In this document: positions 42,357 through 55,758 of the stretch, piece after piece
Layout of the letters: every line of letters starts with the position of its first letter
Numbering within the stretch: position 1 is the first letter of the stretch
NCBI GenBank assembly: GCA_964016885.1
Contig: OZ024740.1
Span: 203,174,001-203,238,000 of the forward strand
DNA: 64,000 nt
Source: Eledone cirrhosa
Taxonomy: Eukaryota
Reading direction: 5' to 3'
Position numbers and translations under genes: made by a program
The notes under the pieces: model-generated
Told to the model about the DNA's origin: nothing
What the model saw: the letters and a program-made list of their open reading frames with translations, nothing else
The model's database searches: none

Positions 42357-44695
42357 CCCATTGCATGCCAGAACCTGATGTATAAGTTGTATACAGCCAG
42401 CCTGAATCTATTCCTCCAAGATCACTGTGAAAATAATAACATCATCACAGATGAACAAGCAGCTGGAAAGAAAAGGGTTTGGGATGTGCTGAACAACTCC
42501 TAATCAACAAAACTGCGATGTCGGAGGTGCGACAAATTAGGAGGAATATGACTACAGTCTGGCTGGACTACAAGAAAGCTTTCGATTCTGTTCCCCACTC
42601 TTGGATGATAGAGGCCCTCCAACTTGCTAAAGTCCCAGACATTATTATCAGAGCCATAGAGAGGCTGTCTTCTTCTTGGGCTACTATCCTAAGGTTAAAG
42701 ACAGAGAGGGAGGACTCTATTTTCACTGATAAAATAAAATATTGCAGGGGTATATTTCAGGGGGACAGTCTCTCTGTGATATTGTTCATCTTGTCATTAA
42801 ACCCCTTGTCCTTTCTGCTCAAGAAATGTGAGGGATACATCATTGGCTCACAGGAGGACAGAAATACGAACCTAACCCATAACTTCTTTTGGGACGATCT
42901 GAAACTCTATGCCAAGAACATGGATGGGATGAAGAAAAATCTTGACCTGGTTACAACGTTCTCAAAGGATATAGGAATGGAGTTTGGCCAAGATAAATGC
43001 TCATACATGACTGTAAAGCGGGCAAAAACAACAACCCAATCTAGCAACATTGTCATCAATGGTCTAACTGTTTCACCGATATCTGATGAGGACTGCTACA
43101 GATACCTGGGGATATATGAGAACATATCCTATAAAGGTATCTGTAATAAAGAACGCGTAACCAGGGAATACTACACCCGATTAAGAAAGATCTGGTCATC
43201 GGAACTCTCTGCACAAAACAAAACAGTGGCGCACAATGTGTTTGCTGTGCCTGTCCTAACACCAACGTTTGGAATACTTAATTGGACGATAGATGAAATC
43301 CGAGCAGTTGATGTTGGAACTCGAAAATACTAAACAACACCGGAAACTTCCACATCAACAGTGACATAGACCGCCTTTACTTGAAACGTAAGCAGGGAGG
43401 CAGAGGCCTAACATCAGTCCAGACAGCATTTGAATGTCGCATCATATCCCTCCGACAACATCTACGAACCTCGAAGCGTAGGAGCCCGCTTCTCGAGCAA
43501 GTCTATCTGCATGAAACAGATAAGATCATGAGAGTTGGGAAGGAACTCCTTGAGAGATATTCCCTGTGTGATAATCAAAAAATCACACCCAGGGATGTCG
43601 CTCAGCAGTATCGCAGTGAATCCATGGATGAAAAACTGCATGCCTATCAGCAAAAAAATCATGCATGGATATTTTGCCAGGAAGCTCCAGAGTCAGAAGT
43701 AATATAGATAAGGAAAGTAGTCTATCTTGGACCAACAACCTCTATATTGGCTCCCACTTTGAAGGATACGCTTTTGCAATCCAAGAACAGGAGATTAGCA
43801 CGAAATACCTGATTCACAAAAGAGATAGGGATGCAGGAAAAACACCTAGACGTGATAACAAATGCAGACTCTGCAGAACTAACATCGAGGATATCACCCA
43901 TGTCATCAGCAGCTGTCCAAAGATGTCATCGCGGTACTATCTACCTATGAGGCATGATGTAGTGGCCAAAACACTGTACAATGCAGTTCGTAAAATAGAT
44001 AGCCCTGATAATAAACACATTAAAAGCTACAGCAATGTGAAAGACATCCATGTACATAATATGAAAGAATACTGGTGGAATGTTCCATTAAAACCCCAAT
44101 AAAATGCAGGTATAACAAACCAGATATTATGATATGGGACAGGGAGAAGAAAACATGTACAGTAGTGGAAATTAGCTGTCCAGCAGATGCCAATATAATA
44201 TCAAAGATTAGTGAAAAGGAGAATATTTATGCAGAACTGATGAGAAATCTGCAGATACTCCACCCTGATTACACCTTCAGATATATGCCTGTGATTATTG
44301 GGGCACTTGGATATGTTAGTAACTGCCTCAATACAAATCTTGAGAAGTTAGGCAGGAACAGAAAGAACACAACTAGTTAGGAAATTACAAGTACAATCCA
44401 TTAATGGAACAGTAAAGATATGTAAAACATTCCAGAAATTTTGAATCTAATAACTGCATATACACATGTACAGATACAAAGCATATACACATGCTCACAT
44501 ACAACTCAAAACATACACATCTACAATACAATAGCATCCACACATACAATAACATCCATATCTACACATGCATGCATACATACATATCTAACTAGTTGAT
44601 GTTGAGTAAATTCCAATGAGAGAGTCTTGTGTCTATGTTAGAAACCGACTCTCTCTCTATTGGTAAAACTTTGTGAAATTATAAAACCAGAAGAA
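42357..44695 (+). mobile_element. 5'-truncated R4/Dong-type LINE (RT + CCHC + restriction-like endonuclease)
   Basis: WLDYKKAFDSVPHSW, GIFQGDSLS, DDLKLYA, YRYLGI, GGRGL, CRLC...HVISSC...RHD, KPDIMIWD...VEISCP...K...K..Y; frameshifted. Confidence 0.9.
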
Positions 44696-44929
44696 CATAC
44701 ATATAACGTGTTTCTGAAGTTTACGTGTACAAAATTCCACTGAGGCTATAGTATAAGACACATACGATGCAGTTGAACTGAACCCAAAACCACATGATTA
44801 CGACGACGCGAAATCGTTATCGACACAGTTGTGCCTTTGTCTATACTGTTTATACTGTTTATATTTTTGTGTTGGTTTCTTTATTTGAATGAACGAAAAT
44901 TAAAAGGAATTTCTTAAAAATATAGCTGG

Positions 44930-45258
44930 ACATCCGTCGGTTCCGACGTCGAGTGTTCCAGTTGATGCGACCAACGGAACAGCCAGCTTGTAAAATTATT
45001 ATACAGCAAGTGGTTGAACATTCCACAGACACGTGTACTCTTAACCTAGTTCTCGAGCAGATCCAGTTGGATAATATGTGACAAAGCTGGTCTTTTGAAT
45101 TACAAGTGCAACTAATTTTTTTTATTTTTTTTTTTTTTTTGCTGCTGAGTGGACAGGAACAACATGAAATAAAGAGTCTTGTTCAAGGACACAACACGTC
45201 GTCACACGATGGTGAGCTGAACAGCCTAACCACTAAGCCATACAATACACCTTCACGG
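44930..45258 (-). mobile_element. SINE
   Basis: Minus 5' end GTGAAGGTGTATTGTATGGCTTAGTGGTTAGG (A-box-like), then TGTGTCCTTGAACAAGAC. Confidence 0.6.
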
Positions 45259-45353
45259 TACAGGAAATAAAACATTTTGCAAAAAAAGAAATAAAACCGA
45301 GGACCAAGTGACATCTATTGAACACAGTTTCGATCTCATTGCACTGCTTACGT

Positions 45354-45561
<208 letters not shown>

Positions 45562-46161
45562 TTTTATTTATATTCGCTACCTTCTTTATTTATTATTGTT
45601 GTTGTTGTTTGTTTATTAACTATTTATTTATGTATTTTTTAGTATGTTATATTTTTGTGTTTCCTTTCTGCTGACTAAGGATATTTACTCTCGGCAGTTC
45701 GAAGCTAAAAAATCAATAACGTTCTATTGACGTCATCACTATCATTCGATCTTCGAAGGAACTAAATTTTTTTTTTTTTTTTCTCCCTCCTATTTCTCCC
45801 TACTCCTTCTTTCTCCCTCTCTTCTCTCTCCCCTCTTTCTCCTCTCCTTCCCTCTCCTCCTCTTCCCGCCTCTCCCCTTCTCCATACTCCCTCCTCCTCC
45901 CCTTTCTGCCTACACCCTCTCTTACTGTAACCCCTCGTTTCTCCCCTTTCCGCCTCCCCCTACTCTTCCTCTCCCTCGCTATCGGAGTTTTTGTTTTTGT
46001 TCTTTTCTATTTCATTTCACCTGTTCTCAGGTAAATTTTCTCGTTAACGTTTTGAAAACATTATACCATACCCTATATACATATATCACACATATACATA
46101 CATCTATACGCATATACATTCATCTACACGCTTATCCATATATATACACAAATACATAGTT

Positions 46162-46235
<74 letters not shown>

Positions 46236-46238
<3 letters not shown>

Positions 46239-46424
46239 CGAAGGAGTTGTGGTAAGGAACCAGATGGACCATAACGCATCAGAGTACTCAATACTTAGGG
46301 TAGTAGAGTGGGTAATAGGAGAAGGTATGACCCCGACGGCAGAGCTCAAGCCGTTACGACGGCTATTTCTGGACAGAAATAGCCGTCGAAACGGCTTGAG
46401 CTCTGCCGTCGGGGTCATACCTTC
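46236..46424. mobile_element. Fold-back family B copy
   Basis: Palindrome 46321-46424 between (TA)n tracts. Confidence 0.85.
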
Positions 46425-46433
46425 ATTCTTTCT

Positions 46434-46472
<39 letters not shown>

Positions 46473-46489
46473 GCGAGCGAACGGTCGAC

Positions 46490-47612
46490 GCCGAGGCGAG
46501 CAGGGCACACCCCAGTGAAGTCAGAGGATGACGAAACCGAACGGTCAGTCGGTAACTGCAACTGCATTCTAGCTTCTAGCTTGTATTCGCAATCGTATTT
46601 TTTCGGTCATTACCCAAGATTCATGACCAAAGATAAGGGTTGGCACGGATACAGAATTGAAGATAGTGAGTTTGGCTTTTACACCTACCTCCCTTCTTCT
46701 GGTTACCAAATACTGAAGTTGGCGCATTACTGCACCAGTTCCTACAATTCTTGCACGTAATTCAGCCTCCTGCCTTCCATTACTCGTGAACACGGCCCCG
46801 AGATACTTGAACTTCTCCACTTGTTTCAGTGGAATTCCCTTCATATGTAGAGTGCACTGCGCAAGCTTCCTTGAGAGGACGAATATCTCAGTTTTCTCAG
46901 AACTGGTTTTCATTCCAACTATGCAACACTCGGCGTCAAAACTCTGGAGTGCAAGTCGGATGGAGAGGCCTTATTAGACTTTTGTTCTAGCAATGGACTC
47001 TCTATTAAGAACACCTTCTTCCAGCAGAGACTTCCATAAATATACATGGTACAAGAGGAATCAGTGACAGAGATCAATAATTAATATTTGTTATTGTCTC
47101 TGATCTCTTCGAGTCTGTGCTGAATGTTCATGTTATTAACTTTATTAATTGTATTAATTTTATTTATCCATCCTTATCTATTCCCTCTGATTAGAATGTC
47201 TCAGGAAAGAATCGTTGGACAGATTTTACAGGCAAAACCGACGGGTAGGAAACTTAGGGGTAGTCTCCGAGCAAGATGGTTGGATAACATCCATGAGCTT
47301 GGCTGGTCTCGCTTGGGGATCTAGCCAGGTAAGTTGGAGACAGTTGCTTCTGACAGGACTCGCTGGAAGGAGTGTTTGAGGATTCTTCCCCCCTACGACG
47401 CTCTCGGGAAGAAGAAGAAGAAGAAGAAGAAGAAGAAGAAGAAGAAGAAGAAGAAGAAGAAGAAGAAGAAGAAGAAGAAGAAGAAGAAGAAGAAGAAGAA
47501 GAAGAAGAAGAAGAAGAAGAAGAAGAAGAAGAAGAAGAAGAAGAAGAAGAAGAAGAAGAAGAAGAAGAAGAAGAAGAAGAAGAAGAAGAAGAAGAAGAAG
47601 AAGAAGAAGAAG
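46490..47612. pseudogene. Rearranged RTE LINE fragments ending in a (GAA)n tail
   Basis: Minus 46569-46913 KTE...VEKFKYLG...ELRARI. Plus APE remnant ~46950-47110. Plus 3' end RMSQERIVGQILQAKPTGRKLRG, then (GAA)n 47408-47612. Confidence 0.75.
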
Positions 47613-48180
47613 ATCTAGTCCGTTTTCCGTACCTCTTCCCATTCTCTCTCTATTCCGGCATGTCTTCAGTAACAAGCTAATGAAAGCAAGGGTAAATATG
47701 ACTGAGATGATTTATTTTAGTTTACTTCAGTCTGCACCTCTAGCATTTGTTTTTCTTCGTATCTTTTATTTCTAGGTTAAAATGACATAAAAATAATAAA
47801 GAATTTAATATTTAGTTAAACATAAACCAAATATAAACAAACTTTGAGTACATGGAAGCTACGTAAAGATTCAACAAGAGAAACTTCTATTTTACAGCTT
47901 CCCTTCTTTCCCATTTTCATTTTCTTAGGCATAATGTGCCTCTCATTGGCCTTTAATATTTGAAATTTTATTTTTATTTTATTTTATATTAATTTATTTT
48001 ACCCCTTTTTTTAATTCTTTTTTTTTTTATTACTTTTCTCACTAACTCTTTTTGATTGCCAACTGTACGGAGTACTCAATACTTCCCCTCGTCTGTCATG
48101 GATTACAAACTCTATACCCAGGTAGTGACTATTATCTTTAACCCAAGTCATGACTTTCTGCTAAAATTCTTAAACTATGG

Positions 48181-48270
48181 AACTCAGTAGATGTGTATGA
48201 ATGTAACTCAGTAGATGTGTGTGTATGTAACTCAGTAGATGTGTGTGTATGTAACTCAGTATGTAACTGA
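48181..48270 (+). repeat. 24-bp tandem repeat AACTCAGTAGATGTGTGTGTATGT
   Basis: About 3.5 copies. Confidence 0.85.
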
Positions 48271-48569
48271 AGCGTAACGTACGTTACGAATGGATGAAAC
48301 AAGCAGAATTATCATAAGACGATGACTAAATGATTTTAACTTGTTTTTTAACAATTGATGGTGGAAAAGATTTCAAATTGTCTTAACTCGGGCCGTAACT
48401 CATGGTGTCTGACACTCTTACCGGCTAAATAGCCTGGGAGTCTATTTTACCGGGACAGACTACATAGCCTCTTCCGAGAAAGAGAAAGAAGTTGTTTCAT
48501 TTCTGCTGGTGAAATGCTTCATATGTAATATGTACCGATTGTGTTGTTATTTCTGTTTACCTTTTACTT

Positions 48570-48645
<76 letters not shown>

Positions 48646-50231
48646 TAAATTTAGTCCTTCATCAGTGATCTTCCAGCCTTCATTGGTATTTCATCGCTTT
48701 AAATACCAGATACCTCTGGTTGGTGCGAGCAACTAGAAATAGATTGACATATATATATATATATAAAATAAACACATGAAACAATCACAGGGGATAATTT
48801 GTAAAGTGTGTAAGCACACACAGCTAGGTAGGTAACAAATTAAAGTTTAACTAGAACTTCAAATATAGAAACCTTTTAAAATGATTAATCTTCCTTGTAT
48901 ATATTTCATTAAATAAAAATATATATTTCACCATCAATCGGTAAATCACAGTAGTCAAATCCGGATTTTCAACAAAGGAAAAGATTTAACTATCTGTGTT
49001 TACACTGCAAATGCAAATCTGCGAATGACGTGTTGCATTTTTTTTTAAATACACACATCGTACCAGCGTCATCCCAGTGGCGTGAATAGGATTATCGACA
49101 GCTAAAAATAGCAGCCGAGTCCTTTCAACTGAGTTAGCTCTACAATTAAGGGGCCGTATATATATCCAATAGCTGTGTGTGCTTACACACTTTACAAATT
49201 ATTCCCTGTGATTGTTTCATATGTTTATATATATATATATACATTCATTTATTATGGCTATTGGTGAGCTTTGTTACTCTAAAGTTTCACCTGCACATTC
49301 ACAGGATCACCAGTCTTGTCTGGTGAGTACACAGGTGAGACTCTAGAGTAATAAGGCTTAGTCATAATAAATGAATATTTAAACACGACTTCGGTATTGA
49401 GTTTTTATTCTTAGGTCCGTCAATAGTTCACGTACTCTCAGATCTTGAATAATCGTCCCCATTCACCGCTTATTAATTTGTCAGATTTTTTCAACCCCCA
49501 CACGCCGGTTTTTATTCCACCCCACCCCTACCCTCGCACATATGCTTATTAAAGTTTGCTAATCTATCTCCGGCGAAATGTTATTGTAAGTGATTCATAT
49601 TGATACAACAGCTGGAGAATCTAATAATTTTATTTTACATTAAAAAACATTCTATATGACAACAAAAAAGCATTACAAGAAATCCCATATTTACGAACGT
49701 ACACTATACAATTACTGATTTCCCAAGCCTTCCTCCTCCCCCCATTATTGCCATCCTCCTATTATTTGGGACCCGAGAGTGCCATCAAACTCTCCTCCTC
49801 TTTATGTCTATCCCACAAATCTCACTTTTAATCCCCCTGTACACGGAAATCTCACCCAACACCCCTCTCTATATATACCATATAACATACTCTCCCAATA
49901 CCCCTCTCTATATCAATTAACACCAAACTATACCCCTCTTTATATCTACTGCATGGAAATCTCTTCCAATCCCCCTCTCTATATCTACTACATGGTTCTC
50001 TCTTCCATTCCCCCTCTCTATATCAATTAACGCCAAACTCTCCCTCTCTCTATATCTACTACATGGAACTTTCTTCAAATTCCCCTCTTTATCAATAAAC
50101 ATTAATTTCTTCCCCTCTATATCTAATGTACAACACACTCTCCCAACCTTCCTCTCTATATCAATTACCACTAAACTCTCCCCCTCTCTATATCTCTAGC
50201 TATCTCTCCCATCTGTCTCTACATAACATCT

Positions 50232-51170
50232 CTCGGAAACGGCAATCAGCGGAGACTCCACTTCGACATTCTATAGGGGATTAATGGAGGATAAGTGCGA
50301 CGACATTCTCGGGGAAACTCTAGGCATCGAGGAGGACGAACTGACCAGTCTGTTCAGGAGGAATTTCCGTCCAGGGCCTATGGATAACTTCCAGAGGTCT
50401 CTGGCCTGGCAGTGCTACCGAAGCTCTAAAAGTTCGAGACAAAATCTGCAGGCACGAACGCCCTGGCAGAGATCCTGCCAAACGGACCTGTCCAAGATGC
50501 GAGCAGGACATCGAAACCGTTCTGCACGCAATTGTTCAGTGCCCAGGGGTGACCGACCTGTGAAATTATATCGAACAGCTACTGTCACGTGTGGCACGCA
50601 TCCAGTTGTCAGCCGAGTCGATCGTGATGATCACCCCGCCGCCTTAATTTAAGAATGAAGGAGAGGCGGTTTTCCTCTGTCTGGTGGCTATGGCGAAAGA
50701 GGTATATGGTGGACGAGGTTAAAAGGACTGAGGGCAAACACCTTTCTCTCCGGACAACAACTCATCCCCTTCTTTAAGTATCACTTCAGAAGGAAGGTGA
50801 GAGTGGAGAGAGAGGTGCTACAGCCCAGTAAATTCGCTGAAAAGTGGGTGAATGTGGCAAAAATGGCCCGAGTGAATGGGCCTTCTCTGTATATAAACCT
50901 GTAGGTTGAGGAAGATAAACAGAGGGAAGACAGGAACACCTACAAAACGTGTTCCTGGTGTTGAGGGTTGTTCTATCCACGGGGTGTAAAACAACCCTGC
51001 AGTAACGTTACCCCCTATTGAGGATTTCAATTGTTATTTTATTATATATAGTTTATTGTGATTTATTAATGTTAAAGTTATTTTTATGTAAAACCCCCGC
51101 CGTCACGTCTTGTAATGTCCTATTTTTGTACGCCCTTGTGGCAAATAAAGAAAGATATCTATCTATCTAT
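50232..51170 (+). mobile_element. Tx1-like LINE 3' fragment (copy B)
   Basis: PMDNFQRSLAWQCYR; 3' UTR CCCTTGTGGCAAATAAAG + (TCTA)n as in copies A and D. Confidence 0.9.
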
Positions 51171-54100
51171 ATCGTCAGTTTTGAAAACACGATGTCGAAC
51201 GTTGATTGTAACACCAACACCAACACCAACACCAACGCCAATAACGTGAAAAATGTAAACAACACCAACCAAAACAACAACAACAACAACAGCAACGATG
51301 ATAACAACAACACCACCAACAACAACAGCAATACGAACAACTCCACAAACAAGGAAAAGATTTCCTTCGCACAAACCGTCCAAAAGACGGAACTGTTTAC
51401 ATACCTTGACATTTCCAATGCTAAGTGATGCAAAGCAGTATGTAACTTGTGGTGAGAGTGGTGCTTTCAGCATCACTTCTCCTCAACAGTTACGTAGAGA
51501 AACTATCCTAAAAACAATAATTTTTAGGATAGTTTCAAATGTGTCTAAAAAACCAGTCCAATTATCTCAAAACGAAATTGAATGAAGGATATTGCCTTCA
51601 TCCAAAAAGGTAAACTTTTTGGAAGCATTTCGGTGCTAATAAAAGACCAATTGACGGCACAGAAATATTCTGTGTCGCCAATTGTGTCCCCCCCTCTACA
51701 CCTTTTTCCTCACATATATGGGAAAAGGGACCCAAAAAAATAAGAGTAACAAATATCACACCAAATATAAACATCTGGTGGATATTAGCTGGTTTCATCA
51801 ACGTTGATGAAGATACAGTAATTTCGGTAGGAAAGTCCTCCAGAGGCATATTCAACGGTACAAGCTTGGAAGTTCTGGTCCAAATGAGACCAGAACGGAT
51901 CGCTAGAATACCACAACGTGTGCCTCTGGATGGAAATTCCTACATAAACATTTCTGTTGAGGGTAGGCGGCCTTCATGTTTCCAGTGTTTAAGCAGTGGT
52001 CACCTGAGGGCTTCCTGTCCTCAATTAACTGCATTAAAAAAAGGCACTACTGCCGACACCTAACACAAAAACACAACCACCACCACAACAACAACAACAA
52101 CAACACACAAAAATAACAAAAACAAACCAAACTGCAAACAGTCCCACCCAACGCCTCCCCACCTAAAACAACTCCAAAAACACCCACAAGCACAACCGTT
52201 CCCCAAAACGTACCCATCCCTAATCAAACATACACCACAACGGACGAAGCACCCTCGCCATCACTCATTGATGATGAGGGAGAACCCCTCCGCTCAAAAA
52301 AAAAAAGAAAAGAAGACATAACACGAACAAAAAGGCAACAAACCCACAACCACCAACACAAACAACACAAACATTACAAACAAAAATCCGCCCTCTCGAA
52401 AACAAAACAACGACAACACTCCAAACACAAATACCCACAACAAAACGAAAACACACACAAGAACAACAGACAAAAACTAACACAACACAACAAAAATATT
52501 ATACATACATAAGCACTGACAATAAAACCATGATGGAGGTCATCTCCAAAAACCCTTCCGTGGAAACCGAAGGAAAATATTTTACCAAATGTAAAGACAA
52601 ACCTAATTTAAGGATGATTAGGGTCCCTACGGACACCTATAAGTCCTTAAAGGAAAACTTTGCTGAGGACGTGGGGAATATGTGTGTTAAACCAACGAAC
52701 CGCGTCCTCTTGAAACGTTTCCCCACCCCCACCCCAGACACCCCCTCCCCACCAAACACCTCCGTCCCCACCCCGCCAGGAACCACCACCCTTCCAAACA
52801 ACCCCTCCAACACCCCCATGGACATTGTGCAGCCTGGTCCCCAGGAGACGAAGAGGTGAGTGATTTCTTTTCCTCTTCTTTTAACTTTTCAGCACCAACA
52901 TGGCCAATATAAGAGTTGGATATGTGAATGTACGCGGCCTGGGGATGCCCTGGAAACATGGCAAACTCTTAAACGACCTCAGGTCGCACAGTATGGATGT
53001 AGTAGCCATTTGCGAGTGGTGGCCGCATATGCACCATCCGGGACAGCGCGGCCAGACTTCTTCAAACGTCTAGAAACTTTTCTGAGAACGTCCCGCTCCT
53101 TGATTTTAGTGGGGGACTGGAATGGAATCCTAAATGCACGTTGGGACTATGTGGGAGCATGTCCCGATAAAGGGGGTTGTAACAGCCTCAAACAGTTAAT
53201 CGGCCGATTTGACCTGGCCGATAGATATCGACTAGATTTTCCGACTGTGCCTCTGTGGACGTGGACTAATCTTAGCGGAACATCTAAATCGTACCTAGAT
53301 AGGGTTCTAATTAGAAATAAAGATAGGGACATGTTAAGCTGTCCACAAATGTTCATGGTTGCCTATTCAGATTACAAACTAGTGACATGCATGGTCAACC
53401 TTGATAGAACCCATAGACAAGGACCCGGCTACTGGAAGCTGAACTTGTCGTTACCGACATGCAAAGCCTACAGTAGACGGATTTGCACTTTAGTTAAACA
53501 GCACTTGACAGGGGCCATTGTCAACAACAGATGGTGGTACTCTTACAAGAGGGCAGTTAGATTAGACTCGTTAGTTTTTAGTAAAGAATTAGCGTTAAAT
53601 AGAAATAGGACCGAGAAGCAACTGATAGATAAAGTAGAAGAGGCAATTAGAAGTGGCAACGTAGCCAGCGTGCTAGCAACGAGAACGGCCTTGGACCAGT
53701 TCTTCGACGCAAAGCACGAGGGCTGCGTTGTCAGAAGCAAAATACGCGCGGCCTTTCAGCGGCACTTTGCTCAGCTGTTCGGGTAGGGCGGCGCACCGGG
53801 AGGGGCTATGGATTTCGGGGCATACCTCGACGGCCTAACGCGACTCTCGGACAGCGAGGCAAAGTTCTGCTAAAAGCCGATTTCAGCCGCTGAGATAGGG
53901 GACGCGCTGAGCCAATGCGGAAAACGCAAATCTCCAGGTCTCGATGGTCTACCCTACGAATTTTACGTAGCAATGCCGGACTTGTTCTCCGGTCTCCTGG
54001 AAGCGGTCTACTGCAACTGGCAGCAGAACGGGAGAATTCCCAGTTCTGTGACCAGGGGCGTAGTCACACTAGTCAGGAAGGACGAGAATAAGGGGGATGA

Positions 54101-55758
54101 CATAGGCAACTTCCGGCCCATAACTCTGCTAAACACAGAGTTACAGATTTTGGCCAAGGTATTGGCAAAGAGGCTGGCGCTTGTCGTCGAAAACCTGGTG
54201 GGAGAAGCGCAGATATGCGCAATCTCGACCAGGTCCATACACGACAACCTCCACCTCATGCGATACATCATAGAGAGGGTAGGGTGTAAACCCGGCTTCG
54301 GTGACCCTGATCAACTTGGATCAGTCTAAGGCTTTCGATAGGGTTGACCATCATTACCTGGATGCGGTGCGTGAGGCGGCAGGCTTCGGACTCGTGTTCA
54401 AGGGCTGGATTGCTGCAATGCACGACAGCAACATCTGTTCAAGGGTCAAGGTGAACGGCTACCTCTCGGAGCCATTCCATATCATGCGATCCATTCGACA
54501 GGGATGCCCTCTCTCCTCTCTTCTGTACGTTCTGACTCTTGAGTCACTACTGCGGAAGTTGGAGCTATTGCAGGGCATCCTTCTGGAACCGGGCCTGCGG
54601 AAAGCGGCGTCGGCCTACGCCGACGACGTGACAGTAATGGTGTCGAGCACCTCGCAAATCGAGGAAGTTGGCACTTTACTGAAGGAAATCGAAAGGTTCA
54701 CAGGAGTGAAGCTGAACTGGTACAAGTCCATCGGTTTGCAACTCGGATCGTGGAGACCGATGCCTTCCGATGGCGTCGTCGGACGCTGGACGGAAGGACC
54801 GGTAAAGCTGCTCGGGGTCTGGTTTGGTCCGGACCTCCAGGTGGAGAAGAACTGGAACGAGGTGACGGCCAAGGTGTTTGCACTCACCCAGAAGTGGGCC
54901 GAGTGCAAACTATCCTTGAAAGGTCGAGCGGAGGTGGCGAACACTTTTATAGCATCCGTCATCTACTACCGCTTGACCGTCGTGCCTTGTCCAGCCAAAA
55001 CGCTCACCAAAATGGAGCGCGCGCTCTTCCAATTCCTTTGGAAGAAGCGGGCTCCTTTGGTGAGAAGATCCATCTGCTGCCAACACCCTTCCAACGGAGG
55101 GCTGGGGATGCGCACACACGCGCTCAGGCTGCGGCATCTCTACGTATTCCTCACCGGACAACCGGTGTGGGCCCCGTTCGTGAGGCGAGCCTTCCCACGA
55201 CTCGTCTCGCTGACCGAGCTGCAGTCTTGGGTCAAGCAAAGACCGAGGAAAATGAGCGACTGGCACATCGAATGTTCTCAGGCGCTCACAGCCCTCTGGC
55301 AGGCGGACCCGGCGATCAGTGGAGACTCCACTTCGTCATTCTATAGAAGGTTGATGCGCAGCAAGTGCGACGACGCGCTCGGAGAAGCTCTGGGCGTAGA
55401 GGAAGACGAACTGGCCAGTCTGTTCGGTAGGACCTTCCACCCGGGACCGATGGACAACTTCCAAAAGTCCCTGGCCTGGCAATGCTACCGAGGAGCTCTA
55501 CCAGTTCGAGACAAGCTCTACAGACATGGGCGCCCGAGCAGGGACCTTTCGAAAAAGATCTGTCCGAGATGCGTGCGAGACGAAGAAACTGTCGCGCATG
55601 CATTTATACACTGCCCGGGCGTTACCGACCTGTGGGGCTATATAGAACGACTATTGTCACGGGTGGGACCAATCCGGTTGACGACCGAGTCCATTGTCAT
55701 GATCAAACCGCCACCCTCCTTCAAAAATGAAGGAGAGGCGGTTTTCGTTTGTGTGATA
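51171..55758 (+). mobile_element. Tx1-like LINE copy C (ORF1 from ~51191, ORF2 from 52900), 3'-truncated
   Basis: CFQCLSSGHLRASC knuckle; APE and RT motifs (RQGCPLS, YADD); highly similar to copy A. Confidence 0.92.

Noticed and set aside
48181-48270. CRISPR-like periodicity
   Set aside because: No unique spacers or cas genes; a simple tandem repeat in eukaryotic DNA.
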